Source: Candidatus Latescibacterota bacterium
GTDB taxonomy: Bacteria > Latescibacterota > UBA2968 > UBA8231
Direction: 5' to 3'
NCBI GenBank assembly: GCA_965221775.1
Contig: CBDCSU010000006.1
Coordinates: forward strand, 992,001-1,056,000
DNA: 64,000 nt
Below the pieces are notes generated by a model. The model did no database searches and was not told the DNA's origin. It saw only the letters and a program-made list of their open reading frames with translations. Made by a program: the position numbers and the translations under genes. How positions within the stretch are numbered: position 1 is the stretch's first letter; every line of letters starts with the position of its first letter. This document shows, in pieces, positions 9,010 to 18,002 of this stretch.

Positions 9010-10881
9010 TCAGGGCTCGCGCTCGAAGGTGCCGGATCCGGCGAAGTTCGTCGCGTCGCGCCAGTCGGGCTGCCACCACAACTGGGCCAGGGGACCCGTC
9101 TCCTCATCGAAGTCGTCGACGGCGATGTTGATCCGCACCCGGCGCCAGTCCTTGCCCTGGCGGTGCTCGACGTATCTCAGGGGGATGGAGACCTCGTACG
9201 CGTGGCCCGTCGGGGTGGGGATGCCCACGGCCTGCACGCCGAGGGAGTCCAGCTCCTCCGGAGCCACCAGGAGCATCTCCTCCAGCCGCTCGCCCGGGCT
9301 GATGGCGACGAAGACGCGCTCCTCCACGGAGCGGCTGGCGTCGCGTCCCCGGGAGCGCTCCGGGTCGGAACGGCCGTCGACGCGCAGCTCCAGCCCGTCC
9401 TGGGACCAGGCGTTGCCGCCGAGGTAGATGCGGCGCTCGTCGGTGACGTCCACGGCGACGTAGAGGTTGTCGTCGTCGTACTCGACGCCGAAGCGCCAGG
9501 AGCAGTCCTCCGGCCCGGTCCAGGAGTCCGCGTCGACGTCGATCTCGGCCGGTTCCGGCACGTGGAAGGCGAGCCGGTCCCAGTCGCTCAGGTCGCCGTC
9601 GATGGCGGGAGGGGCGGCGGTGCGCCGGGGCAGCTGGTAGATGCGGCTCACGACCATGGGGGAACGGCCGTCCACGGCGGGGATTTCGAACTCGTCCTGC
9701 ACGTACTCGGCCTGCCACTCCAACTGCAGCGGCGTCAGCTCGTCCACGTCCCGCTCCCCCTTCGTGGAGATCTCGAGGTCGATCCGTTCCACCGAGTTCT
9801 GGGGCAGCTCCCGGTCGATGGAGGCCGGCGACGGAACCAGCAGCGCGTGCCTGGCGAAACGGGCCGAGATGCGCAAGGGCACGTCGCCGTCGTTGGTGAG
9901 GCGGACGGAGGTGACGCCGCCGGCGAAGCGCTGCGAGCGGCCCATGATCGGCTCGACGACGACGGCGCGGCCCCGGATCAGGGGCTCCACGAGGCGCGCC
10001 ATCTCCTCGGTGCGGATGCTCTCGTCCCAGATGCCGTCGAGCATGAGGTTGGCGATGCGCGGGCCGTCGTCGGTCATCGTCACCCAAACCACGTGGTCGA
10101 ACTGGCCGTAGAGCGGCCCCGCCAGGGAGCTGCCGCCGCCGGTGGTGGCCAGCACGAAGTAGCGGCTGTCGTTGCGCACGTGCCGGGTGTAGCGGTGGAA
10201 GTGTCCGGCGAAGACGGTGTGCCGCCGCCCGGCGAGCAGCTCCTCCACTTCGGCCCAGCCCGTGTCCCGCAACTCGCCATCGTCGGCGTAGTTCCACAGG
10301 GGCTTGTGGACGAAGACCAAGGTCCAGCGCACGCCGCGGTGCTCGTCGAGCACGCCGGCCAGCCAGTCGCGCTGCTCGGGCCCGACGTTGGCCGGTTCCC
10401 CGTCCTCGGAGTTGAGGGCGACGAAGAGCACGTCGCGGTAGACGAAGGAGTAGTAGGCGCGGCCGAGGCGCTCGGCCCAGACCTCGGCCATGACGTCGTT
10501 GGAGATGTCGTGATTGCCCGGCAGGTAGAAGAAGGGCATGTCGAGGGCGTCGACGAAGGCGTCGAACTCGTCCCACTCGGCGTCGAGGGTTTCCCTGCTC
10601 TCGGTGTAGCCCTCGATCAGGTCGCCCACGCTCATGACGAACTCGGGCTGCAGCAGGTTGAGCTTGCCCACGGCATCGGCGAAGACGCCCTCCCGGTGGC
10701 CGCCGGTGCGGTCGGCGACGATGGCGAACTGGAAGTGGTCCGGGTCGTTGCGCAGGTCCAGGTGGGTCCACGGGTTGACCTGCTCGACCTCGATGCGCGG
10801 ACGGTCGGCGCTCTCGGCGGAGGCGAGGGCGGCGAGGGCGAGGATCAGGACCGGTGCGGCGGCGGCCGGCATTCTTGGCAT
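9010..10881 (-). CDS. Secreted calcineurin-like metallophosphoesterase with C-terminal CBM9/DOMON-like domain
   Basis: Signal peptide; ADRTG, VGDLI, PGNHD, FVHKP, AGHFH; IDGDLSDW...YDDDNLYVAVDVTD. Confidence 0.85.
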   Translation of the reverse strand: MPRMPAAAAPVLILALAALASAESADRPRIEVEQVNPWTHLDLRNDPDHFQFAIVADRTGGHREGVFADAVGKLNLLQPEFVMSVGDLIEGYTESRETLDAEWDEFDAFVDALDMPFFYLPGNHDISNDVMAEVWAERLGRAYYSFVYRDVLFVALNSEDGEPANVGPEQRDWLAGVLDEHRGVRWTLVFVHKPLWNYADDGELRDTGWAEVEELLAGRRHTVFAGHFHRYTRHVRNDSRYFVLATTGGGSSLAGPLYGQFDHVVWVTMTDDGPRIANLMLDGIWDESIRTEEMARLVEPLIRGRAVVVEPIMGRSQRFAGGVTSVRLTNDGDVPLRISARFARHALLVPSPASIDRELPQNSVERIDLEISTKGERDVDELTPLQLEWQAEYVQDEFEIPAVDGRSPMVVSRIYQLPRRTAAPPAIDGDLSDWDRLAFHVPEPAEIDVDADSWTGPEDCSWRFGVEYDDDNLYVAVDVTDERRIYLGGNAWSQDGLELRVDGRSDPERSRGRDASRSVEERVFVAISPGERLEEMLLVAPEELDSLGVQAVGIPTPTGHAYEVSIPLRYVEHRQGKDWRRVRINIAVDDFDEETGPLAQLWWQPDWRDATNFAGSGTFEREP

Positions 10882-11216
10882 TGGGTGGGCTCCACGGTGG
10901 CGGGGGAAGCGAGTCTTGCAGGACCGATGCCCGAAGGGACCGGGGCGTTCCGGACGGTGTATGGGATACGTCGGCCAGCAGTACAGTGGCAACCCCGGTC
11001 CCGCGGCCTGCGCGCCCCGCCCGGGCGGCCGGGCTTCCTCCGGGGCCGGAGGCCTGCCGGGTTGGCGGGCGGCCTCCGCGAGCGGATGGGGCCGGTTGGC
11101 GGACCACGGTCCCGCGGCCTGCGGCCTTGCCGGCAGCCCGGCTCCCCCGCGGGCGGACGCAGGCCGGTTGGCGGGTCCCGCTCAGGGGCGGTACATATAG
11201 GCCGCGTCCCCGAGTC

Positions 11217-12194
11217 ATGAGCGAATGCCATCCCGAAGCCGGTCTGCCGGCCGACTTTCTCTCCCGCGTGGAGCGGCTGCTGCCCGCCGCGCGCCTGGAC
11301 GGCTGGCGCCGCTCCCTGGGATCTCCGCCGTCAGCGGCCTTCCGCGTCAACACGCTGATGGCCGCCGAGGAGGAAACCGTGGCCGAGCTGCGGCGGGATG
11401 GGATCACCCCCCGGCCCCTGGAGTGGCCCCCGGGGGCCTGGGTGGCGGCGGCGGACCAGCGGCGCGCCCTGGTCGACAGCGGCGCCGCCCGCGAGGGGCG
11501 CGTGTACGTGCAGAACCCGTCGAGCATGGTGCCCGTCCTGCTGCTCGACCCGCAACCGGGGGAGGAGATCCTCGACCTGGCGGCGGCGCCGGGCGGCAAG
11601 ACGGTGCAGATCGCCGGACGCATGGACAACCGCGGACGCATCGCCGCGGTGGAGTCGGTGAAGGCGCGCTTCCACCGGCTGCGGCGCAACCTGGAGCGCT
11701 GCGGGGTCACCATCGCCCGGACCTACCTGGCCGACGGCGGCGGCGTGGGGCGCAAGGTGCCGGAGCGCTTCGACCGGGTGCTGCTCGACGCGCCGTGCAC
11801 CTCCGAGGGCCGCTTCCGCGCCGGCGACCTGGCCAGCTTCCGCTACTGGGGGCCGAAGAAGATCCGCGACATGGCGCGCAAGCAGAAGCAACTGGCCATC
11901 TCCGCGGTGCGCGCCCTCAAGCCCGGGGGCGTCCTCGTGTACTGCACCTGCACCCTGGCGCCGGAGGAGAACGAAGCCGTCGTCGACGGACTCCTCGAAC
12001 GCTTCGGGGAGGCCCTGAAGGTCGAGGCTCTCGACCTGCCGGAAGCGTTTGCGGAGCCCGCCCTGCCGGAGTGGGAGGGGCGGAGCTTCCAGGCGGCGGT
12101 GGGCCGTTGCGCGCGCCTGGCCCCCGACGAGACGCGGGAGGCGTTCTTCGCGGCGCGGCTGCGCAAGCTCGAGAGCACGGAGGCGGACGGATGA
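11217..12194 (+). CDS. RsmB/NOP family RNA (cytosine-C5) methyltransferase (RsmF-like)
   Basis: YVQNPSS, LDLAAAPGGKT, LLDAPCT, VYCTCT, ENE motifs. Confidence 0.92.
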   Translation: MSECHPEAGLPADFLSRVERLLPAARLDGWRRSLGSPPSAAFRVNTLMAAEEETVAELRRDGITPRPLEWPPGAWVAAADQRRALVDSGAAREGRVYVQNPSSMVPVLLLDPQPGEEILDLAAAPGGKTVQIAGRMDNRGRIAAVESVKARFHRLRRNLERCGVTIARTYLADGGGVGRKVPERFDRVLLDAPCTSEGRFRAGDLASFRYWGPKKIRDMARKQKQLAISAVRALKPGGVLVYCTCTLAPEENEAVVDGLLERFGEALKVEALDLPEAFAEPALPEWEGRSFQAAVGRCARLAPDETREAFFAARLRKLESTEADG

Positions 12195-12271
12195 GGGCGG
12201 CGGCCCTGACGGCGGCGCATGCGCGAGAGCACGGAGGCGGCGGCGTGAGGCCCGCTATCCTGACGGCGGCG
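12170..12271. repeat. Imperfect 54-bp-period tandem duplication spanning a gene junction
   Basis: cgagagcacggaggcgg...tgagg...cctgacggcggcg occurs twice in succession. Confidence 0.75.
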
Positions 12272-12730
12272 GTCCTGGGGGTGTGGGCCTGGGGCTGCGG
12301 CGACGCCGAGGACCCCCTGCGCTGGCGGGACCCGGAGGAGCTGCGCACCGTGCTGCTGATCGAGTCGGCGCCGCCGGGGCTGAGCGAGGCGGTGGTGGTC
12401 GACTCGGCGAGCTGGTTCCCGGCGGCGCTGCTGCCCACCGGCAACGAGAACGACGTCGAGGTGGAGGGGCCCTTCCGCATCGGGTTCCGCAACACCTCGG
12501 ATCAGCCGCTGCAGATGCGCTACGATCTGCGGTTCTTCGAGGAAGGCGGCTTCCTGGTCGACTGGTTCATCCCCTTCGGCCAGCCGGTGGTCTTCGCCGC
12601 CGGGGAGGCCGTTGTCGAAGAGGGCACCTTCCTGGTGCGCACCACGCCGACCATCGGCCGTTTCGGCCTGGCGGAGATGCGCATCGGAGCGCGCCTGACC
12701 TTTCCGGACCAACAGGAGGAGGAGAAATGA
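12245..12730 (+). CDS. Hypothetical lipoprotein
   Basis: Signal peptide ending AWGC; alternative start at 12191. Confidence 0.7.
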   Translation: MRPAILTAAVLGVWAWGCGDAEDPLRWRDPEELRTVLLIESAPPGLSEAVVVDSASWFPAALLPTGNENDVEVEGPFRIGFRNTSDQPLQMRYDLRFFEEGGFLVDWFIPFGQPVVFAAGEAVVEEGTFLVRTTPTIGRFGLAEMRIGARLTFPDQQEEEK

Positions 12731-13821
12731 GCGATTACCGCGGCGCCGTCATCGGCCTGGGCTGGATGGGCATGCTCTACGACCTCGCCCGGCGCCAGGG
12801 CACCTGGAACGTGGACGACATCGAACGGCCGACGCCGGAGCTGGACCTGCACCGGCGCTTCCACCATCACACCCACCCGGGCACGGAAGGCCTGCCCACC
12901 TCCTACGCCGAGGCCCTGCACGACCGGCCCGAGATCGAGCTGACGGCCGCCGCCGAGCGCGACCGCAAGCGCCTGCGGGCGTTCTCCGAGCGCTACGGCG
13001 TGCAGGCCCTCTACACCGACGCCGCGGAGATGCTGCGCGCCGAGCGCCCCGACATCGTCGCCGTCGCCACCAACGTCAAGCACCGGGCCGACCTCACCTG
13101 CCTGGCCGTCGAGTGCGGCGCCAAGGGGATCTTCACCGAGAAGCCGATGGCCCACACCCTCGAGGAGGCGGACCGCATGGTGAGCACCTGCGCCGCCGCC
13201 GGGGTGCCCCTGAGCTGCGGCTCCATCACCACCACCCATCCCTCCTTCGCCCGGGCCCGCCAGCTGCTGCGGGACGGCGACCTGGGGACACTGGTCTCCA
13301 TCGAGGCCTCCGGCCCCGCCGCCCAGCACCAGAACTGGTCGTACTTCCTCGACAGCCGGCCCGCCTGGGTGGCCGGCACCGGCGATCAGCCGCGGCGCGA
13401 GACCGGCAGCGACGAGTTCACCGGCCAGGGGATGATGGTCTGCGAGGACGGCCTCGTCGTGCACTTCCGCCGGGGCGCCCCCGGGGTGCGGCTCACCGGC
13501 GGCGGCGGCGAGATGTGGTTCGACTACCTGGAGGGGTGGCGGCGGACGCAGGACGTGGAGGTGGACGACGGCGTGCGGCGCACCCCCATGCCGTGGCCGA
13601 AGCCGCAGTTCGTGCCCCCCTACGGCGGCATCTACACCCTCAACGACGTGATGGACTGCCTCGCCGGGCGCCTGGACGAGCCCAAGAACTCGGGCCGCCG
13701 GGTGGCCGCGGCCCTGGAGGTGGAGATCGCCCTCAAGCTCTCCTCGGCCAACGGCGGGCAGCGCGTCGACCTGCCCCTGGCCGACCGCTCCCTCGGCCTG
13801 AACTACGACTGGTTCCGGTAG
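12727..13821 (+). CDS. Gfo/Idh/MocA family oxidoreductase
   Basis: VIGLGWMG, EKPMA motifs; GGAGGAG RBS. Confidence 0.88.
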   Translation: MSDYRGAVIGLGWMGMLYDLARRQGTWNVDDIERPTPELDLHRRFHHHTHPGTEGLPTSYAEALHDRPEIELTAAAERDRKRLRAFSERYGVQALYTDAAEMLRAERPDIVAVATNVKHRADLTCLAVECGAKGIFTEKPMAHTLEEADRMVSTCAAAGVPLSCGSITTTHPSFARARQLLRDGDLGTLVSIEASGPAAQHQNWSYFLDSRPAWVAGTGDQPRRETGSDEFTGQGMMVCEDGLVVHFRRGAPGVRLTGGGGEMWFDYLEGWRRTQDVEVDDGVRRTPMPWPKPQFVPPYGGIYTLNDVMDCLAGRLDEPKNSGRRVAAALEVEIALKLSSANGGQRVDLPLADRSLGLNYDWFR

Positions 13822-13833
13822 GCCCCGCCGCCG

Positions 13834-16395
13834 ATGCACGACATCGCCCTCGACCTGCTGATTCTGCTCGCCGGCATCTGGCTGGTGGCCGTCACCCTGC
13901 GGCCCCTGGGGCTGCCGACAGTGACGGGGGAGCTCATCGTCGGGGTGGTGGTGGGGCCGGCGGTACTGGGCCTGATCCGGCCCGACGAGACGATTCAACT
14001 GCTGGCCGAGATCGGCATCTTCTTCCTCATGTTCCACGCCGGGGTGGAGACCCAGCCCCACGAGTTCTTCGGCGCCCTCAAGCGCTCCGTCGGCGTCGCC
14101 GTGGTCGGCGCCATCGTCCCCTTCGGCGTCGGCTTCGGCCTGGCCCTCGCCTTCGGCCTCGACTACGTGGGCGCCACCTTCGTCGGCCTCACCATGGCGA
14201 CCACGGCGGTGGTCATCACCCTCAAGAGCCTGCGCGACCTGGGCCTGGCCAACACCCGCGTGGCCCACGTCTTCCTCGCCTGCTGCGTCTTCGACAACCT
14301 GCTGACGATCGTGTTCTTCGGCGTCGTCATCGGCCTGCTCACCGGCGGCACCTTCGAGCCCATGGCCATCCTCGTCACCCTGGGCAAGGTGGCGGCCTTC
14401 TTCGCCGTCTGCTTCGGCCTGGCCACCTGGGTCTATCCGCGCCTGCACCTGCCCTTCCGCTCCGAGGGCGGCAAGGGCTTCACCTTCGTCCTGGTCACCG
14501 CCTTCGGCGCCGGTCTGATCGCCGAGGCGATCGGCCTGCACATGATCCTCGGCGCCTACCTGGCGGGGCTGTTCTTCGAGGAGAAGATCGCCCACCCCAA
14601 CCTCGTGCGGGTCGTCAACGACCGCGCCTACGGCATCGCCTACTCCTTCCTCGGGCCGATCTTCTTCATCTCCCTCGGGTTCTCCGTCACCTTCGACATC
14701 AGCGCCGCCCAGGTGGGGTTCGTCGTCCTCCTCACCCTCCTCGTCATCGTCGGCCAGATCGTCAGCGCCGGGGGCATGGCCCTGCGCGTGGGCCTGCCCT
14801 TCCGCGAGGCCCTCACCGTGGGCGTAGGCATGTGCGCCCGCGCCGAGATGGCCCTCATCCTCGCCTCCCTGGCCCTGAGCCGGGGCGCCTTCGACCAGGC
14901 CGTCTTCACCATCCTCATCTTCACCGCCTTCCTGCTCAACCTGTTCACGCCCCTGGCGCTGAAGGGCTGCGCCGTGCTCCTCCAGGGGCGGGCGGCGCGC
15001 CGGCAGGACGCGCCCCGCGGCGTCGTGATGATCGACAAGTTCGGCGACCCCCTGGTGGAGGAGCGGTTCACGGGGCAGCTGCCGCGAGACCTGCCCGACG
15101 TGGACGCGGGCGTCGTCATCTACGGATTCGGCCCCGAGGTGGAGGGGCTGATGGAGGAGCTCCGGAGCCGCGGGAGGCCCGCGGTGGTGATCGAGGAGGA
15201 CGAGGCCGTCGCCCGGCGGCTGCTGGCCCACGGTGAGCGGGTCGTGCACGCCTCCCTGGCCGAGGACGAGCTGGACCTGAGACGGCTGGCCGGGGCCCGG
15301 GCCCTGGTGGCCAACGGCGAGGACGACCGCAACGCCCTCTTCGCCCTCGGGGCCCGCGAGCAGGGGTTCCGGGGGACCATCGTGGCGCTGATCGACGAGC
15401 CCACCCGCCGAGCGCCGATGATGCTGGCCGGGGCCAGCGCCGCCTTCACCCCGAACCACGCCCTGGCCGCGGTCCTGGCCGTGCGCGCCAGCGCCCGCAT
15501 TGGCCCCCGCGTGGCCGGCGTCGAGCCCCTGGGCCAGCTGCTGGAGGTGGCCGAGATCCGCGTCCACGACGGCAGCCCCCTGGCGGGGGCGACCCTGGCC
15601 GGCAGCGAGCTGCGGGCCCGCACCGGCACCCAGATCGTCGGCCAGTGGAAGGAGGACTCCCTGCACTCGCCCCCCGGGGCCGGCGAGACCCTGCAGCCGG
15701 GGTCGATCCTGGTGGCCGCCGGCTCGCCGGAGAGCATCCGCCGCCTCGACGACTGGGTGCGACCGATCACCGAGGAGGGACCGCTGGTCGTCGTCGGCTC
15801 GGGCGACGTGCGGGAGAAGCTGGTGGAGATCCTGCGCAGCGCCGGCGAGCCAACCTTCGTCGTCGATCCCGCCGGCGGCGAGGGGGTGGACCTGGCCGGC
15901 GACATCCTCGACCGGGAGGTCCTCGAGCGCACCCCCATCGCCGGGGCCCGCGCCGTGAGCCTGGCCCACGAGACCGACAGCGCCGACCTGCTGGCCGCCA
16001 CCGTGGTGCGCGACTACGCCCCCGAGGTGCCGATCATCGCCGCCGTCAACCACGTGGAGAACGTGGGCCGCCTGCAGCAGGCCGGCGCCGACTTCGCCCT
16101 CTCCGTGAGCCAGGTGGCGGGCCAGATCCTCGCCCACCACGTCCTCGGCGAGGCGGTCTCCCACCAGCCGCGGATCAAGCTGGTGAAGATGCCCGCCCGC
16201 CGCTTCGGCGGCCGTCCCCTGGAGGCCCGCATCCGCGAGCGCACCGGCTGCTCGGTGATCGCCGTCGAGAGGGACGGCCAGGTGCAGCTGGATCTGCCGG
16301 CGTCCGAGCTGTCCGAGGCGGACGCCCTCTACGTCTGCGGAACGCCGGCGGCCTTCAACCTGCTCTACGAGCAGTTCCCGGAGGCGCGGGAGTAG
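13834..16395 (+). CDS. Cation:proton antiporter (CPA2/Kef-type) with tandem TrkA-N/TrkA-C domains
   Basis: About 12 TM N-terminus with LGAYLAGL, PIFFISLG, ARAEMALI; two RCK-N/RCK-C pairs. Confidence 0.9.
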   Translation: MHDIALDLLILLAGIWLVAVTLRPLGLPTVTGELIVGVVVGPAVLGLIRPDETIQLLAEIGIFFLMFHAGVETQPHEFFGALKRSVGVAVVGAIVPFGVGFGLALAFGLDYVGATFVGLTMATTAVVITLKSLRDLGLANTRVAHVFLACCVFDNLLTIVFFGVVIGLLTGGTFEPMAILVTLGKVAAFFAVCFGLATWVYPRLHLPFRSEGGKGFTFVLVTAFGAGLIAEAIGLHMILGAYLAGLFFEEKIAHPNLVRVVNDRAYGIAYSFLGPIFFISLGFSVTFDISAAQVGFVVLLTLLVIVGQIVSAGGMALRVGLPFREALTVGVGMCARAEMALILASLALSRGAFDQAVFTILIFTAFLLNLFTPLALKGCAVLLQGRAARRQDAPRGVVMIDKFGDPLVEERFTGQLPRDLPDVDAGVVIYGFGPEVEGLMEELRSRGRPAVVIEEDEAVARRLLAHGERVVHASLAEDELDLRRLAGARALVANGEDDRNALFALGAREQGFRGTIVALIDEPTRRAPMMLAGASAAFTPNHALAAVLAVRASARIGPRVAGVEPLGQLLEVAEIRVHDGSPLAGATLAGSELRARTGTQIVGQWKEDSLHSPPGAGETLQPGSILVAAGSPESIRRLDDWVRPITEEGPLVVVGSGDVREKLVEILRSAGEPTFVVDPAGGEGVDLAGDILDREVLERTPIAGARAVSLAHETDSADLLAATVVRDYAPEVPIIAAVNHVENVGRLQQAGADFALSVSQVAGQILAHHVLGEAVSHQPRIKLVKMPARRFGGRPLEARIRERTGCSVIAVERDGQVQLDLPASELSEADALYVCGTPAAFNLLYEQFPEARE

Positions 16396-17031
16396 TCAGT
16401 CGCCGAAGCGGAAGGGCGGGTACCTGTCGGTGGTTAGCAGGAAGGCGTAGGCCGTGACCCGCAGGCTCCAGCGCAGGGTTCCTTCCACGAACAGGAACAG
16501 CTCCCTGGGGTAGCGGCCGACGATGAGGATCACGAACCAGGCGAGGATGGTCACCAGGATGGCCAGGATCCAGATGATGGCCAGCACGATGTAGTGCGGG
16601 ATCGCCAGGATCCACTTGACCAGCGGCAGGAACCGGTTCAGCCCGCCTTGCGCGTCCGGGTACGGGATGTCGAGGTGGACGCCCTGCCCCTCGTCGGTGG
16701 AGGGATAGTCGTCGCGCAGCAGCAGCACGTAGGCCTCGACCCGGGTCCCGAAGCGGGTCAGCTCCAGGTTCCAGTCGAACCACCAGCGCGGGTACTTCCG
16801 CCGGAAGAGGATCATCAGCATGGGGGGCAGCCACAGCAGGCCCCCCGTGGCGAGGGCAGCCGGCCACTGGTACGCGCCCGCATCTTCGGTGACGAGCGAC
16901 CCGCCCACGAGGGCGAGAACGATCAGGATCGGCACCGCCAGGAGGAGCCGGAAGAAGACCGTGAGTCTGCGGCTGGACTCGGGGTAGTCGATGGAGAACT
17001 GGACGGGGTATGGAGCGGCCTGTTCGGTCAT
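16396..17031 (-). CDS. DUF4389 domain membrane protein
   Basis: Duplicated ILFRRKYPRWWF...RDDYP / IVGRYPRELF...TDRYPPF units. Confidence 0.88.
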   Translation of the reverse strand: MTEQAAPYPVQFSIDYPESSRRLTVFFRLLLAVPILIVLALVGGSLVTEDAGAYQWPAALATGGLLWLPPMLMILFRRKYPRWWFDWNLELTRFGTRVEAYVLLLRDDYPSTDEGQGVHLDIPYPDAQGGLNRFLPLVKWILAIPHYIVLAIIWILAILVTILAWFVILIVGRYPRELFLFVEGTLRWSLRVTAYAFLLTTDRYPPFRFGD

Positions 17032-17912
17032 CGGGCATCCCTCCTCGGCAACTGCTTCACGTCCCCCCAGCTGCCCGTCTGCACCGCCGTCCCGATCCCC
17101 TCCACCGGCATCTGGTAGAACCGCGGCTCGGACTCCAGCTGGCCGTCAGCGGTATTCCGCACCGTCGTGACGGCCCAGCGGGTGTGGCTCTCCCCCCTAA
17201 AGACGACGGCCCTGATCACGGGCTGCCCTGGCTGGACGTCGATGGCATCCCACACGACGAGGGCGTCCCCGGGCGTGTCCAGCTCCACCAGGTGGCCCGC
17301 CTCGTCGAGGACCCGGTCGACCCGCATCTGCCGCCAGATGCGGTAGCCGTCGGCTCCCTCCACCGCATCCCAACTCAGCAGGATGAAGCCGTCCTCACCG
17401 GCCTCGCCCTCGGGGGCGTATGGAGCTGCCACCACCGTCTCGGGCGGCGCCGGCAGGACCGGCGCGCCTGCGGAATGGAACCGCGGTCCGGACTCCAGCG
17501 GCCCGTCCCCGGTTTGCTGCACCGTCGTGACGGCCCACCGAGTCATGCCGCCGTCTCCCGCGGCGACGATGGTCCTGACGACGGGCGTCTCTCGCTCGAC
17601 GGCATCGACGACGCCCCACACCACGAGGGCGTCCGCGGGACGGTCCAGGTCTACCAAGTGGCCCGCCTCATCGAGGGCCCGATCGACCCGCACCGCTCGC
17701 CAGATCCGGTAGCCGTCGGCTCCCTCCACCGCGTCCCAGGTCAGCAGGATGAAGCCGCCCTCCTCGGCCTGGCCCTCCGGGGTGTACGGTTCGGCCAACA
17801 CCGTCTCGGGCGGCGCGGGCAGGGCCAGACCGGCGTTGACGGAGAGCAGCAGGGCGGGTATGGCCAGCATCGATGCGGGCCGTCGGCCCATGCGTGGTTG
17901 CTTGCGGTCCAT
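17028..17912 (-). CDS. Secreted protein with two ~120-aa FN3-like repeats and a TAV...SWGDVK tail
   Basis: GGAGG RBS, signal peptide, duplicated LPAPPETV...WDAVEGADGYRIWR...TRWAVTTV. Confidence 0.8.
   Translation of the reverse strand: MDRKQPRMGRRPASMLAIPALLLSVNAGLALPAPPETVLAEPYTPEGQAEEGGFILLTWDAVEGADGYRIWRAVRVDRALDEAGHLVDLDRPADALVVWGVVDAVERETPVVRTIVAAGDGGMTRWAVTTVQQTGDGPLESGPRFHSAGAPVLPAPPETVVAAPYAPEGEAGEDGFILLSWDAVEGADGYRIWRQMRVDRVLDEAGHLVELDTPGDALVVWDAIDVQPGQPVIRAVVFRGESHTRWAVTTVRNTADGQLESEPRFYQMPVEGIGTAVQTGSWGDVKQLPRRDAR
17115..17822 (-). repeat. Intragenic tandem duplication (~360-bp units)
   Basis: Two highly similar copies at nucleotide and protein level. Confidence 0.85.
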
Positions 17913-18002
17913 GCTCAATCCCTCCGGCAAGAGATGCTGCTTGACTTCTGAATATAGATCCTGAGCGTGCCCGCCAAGCCGGGGCTGCCGCAGGATCCGC
18001 AC

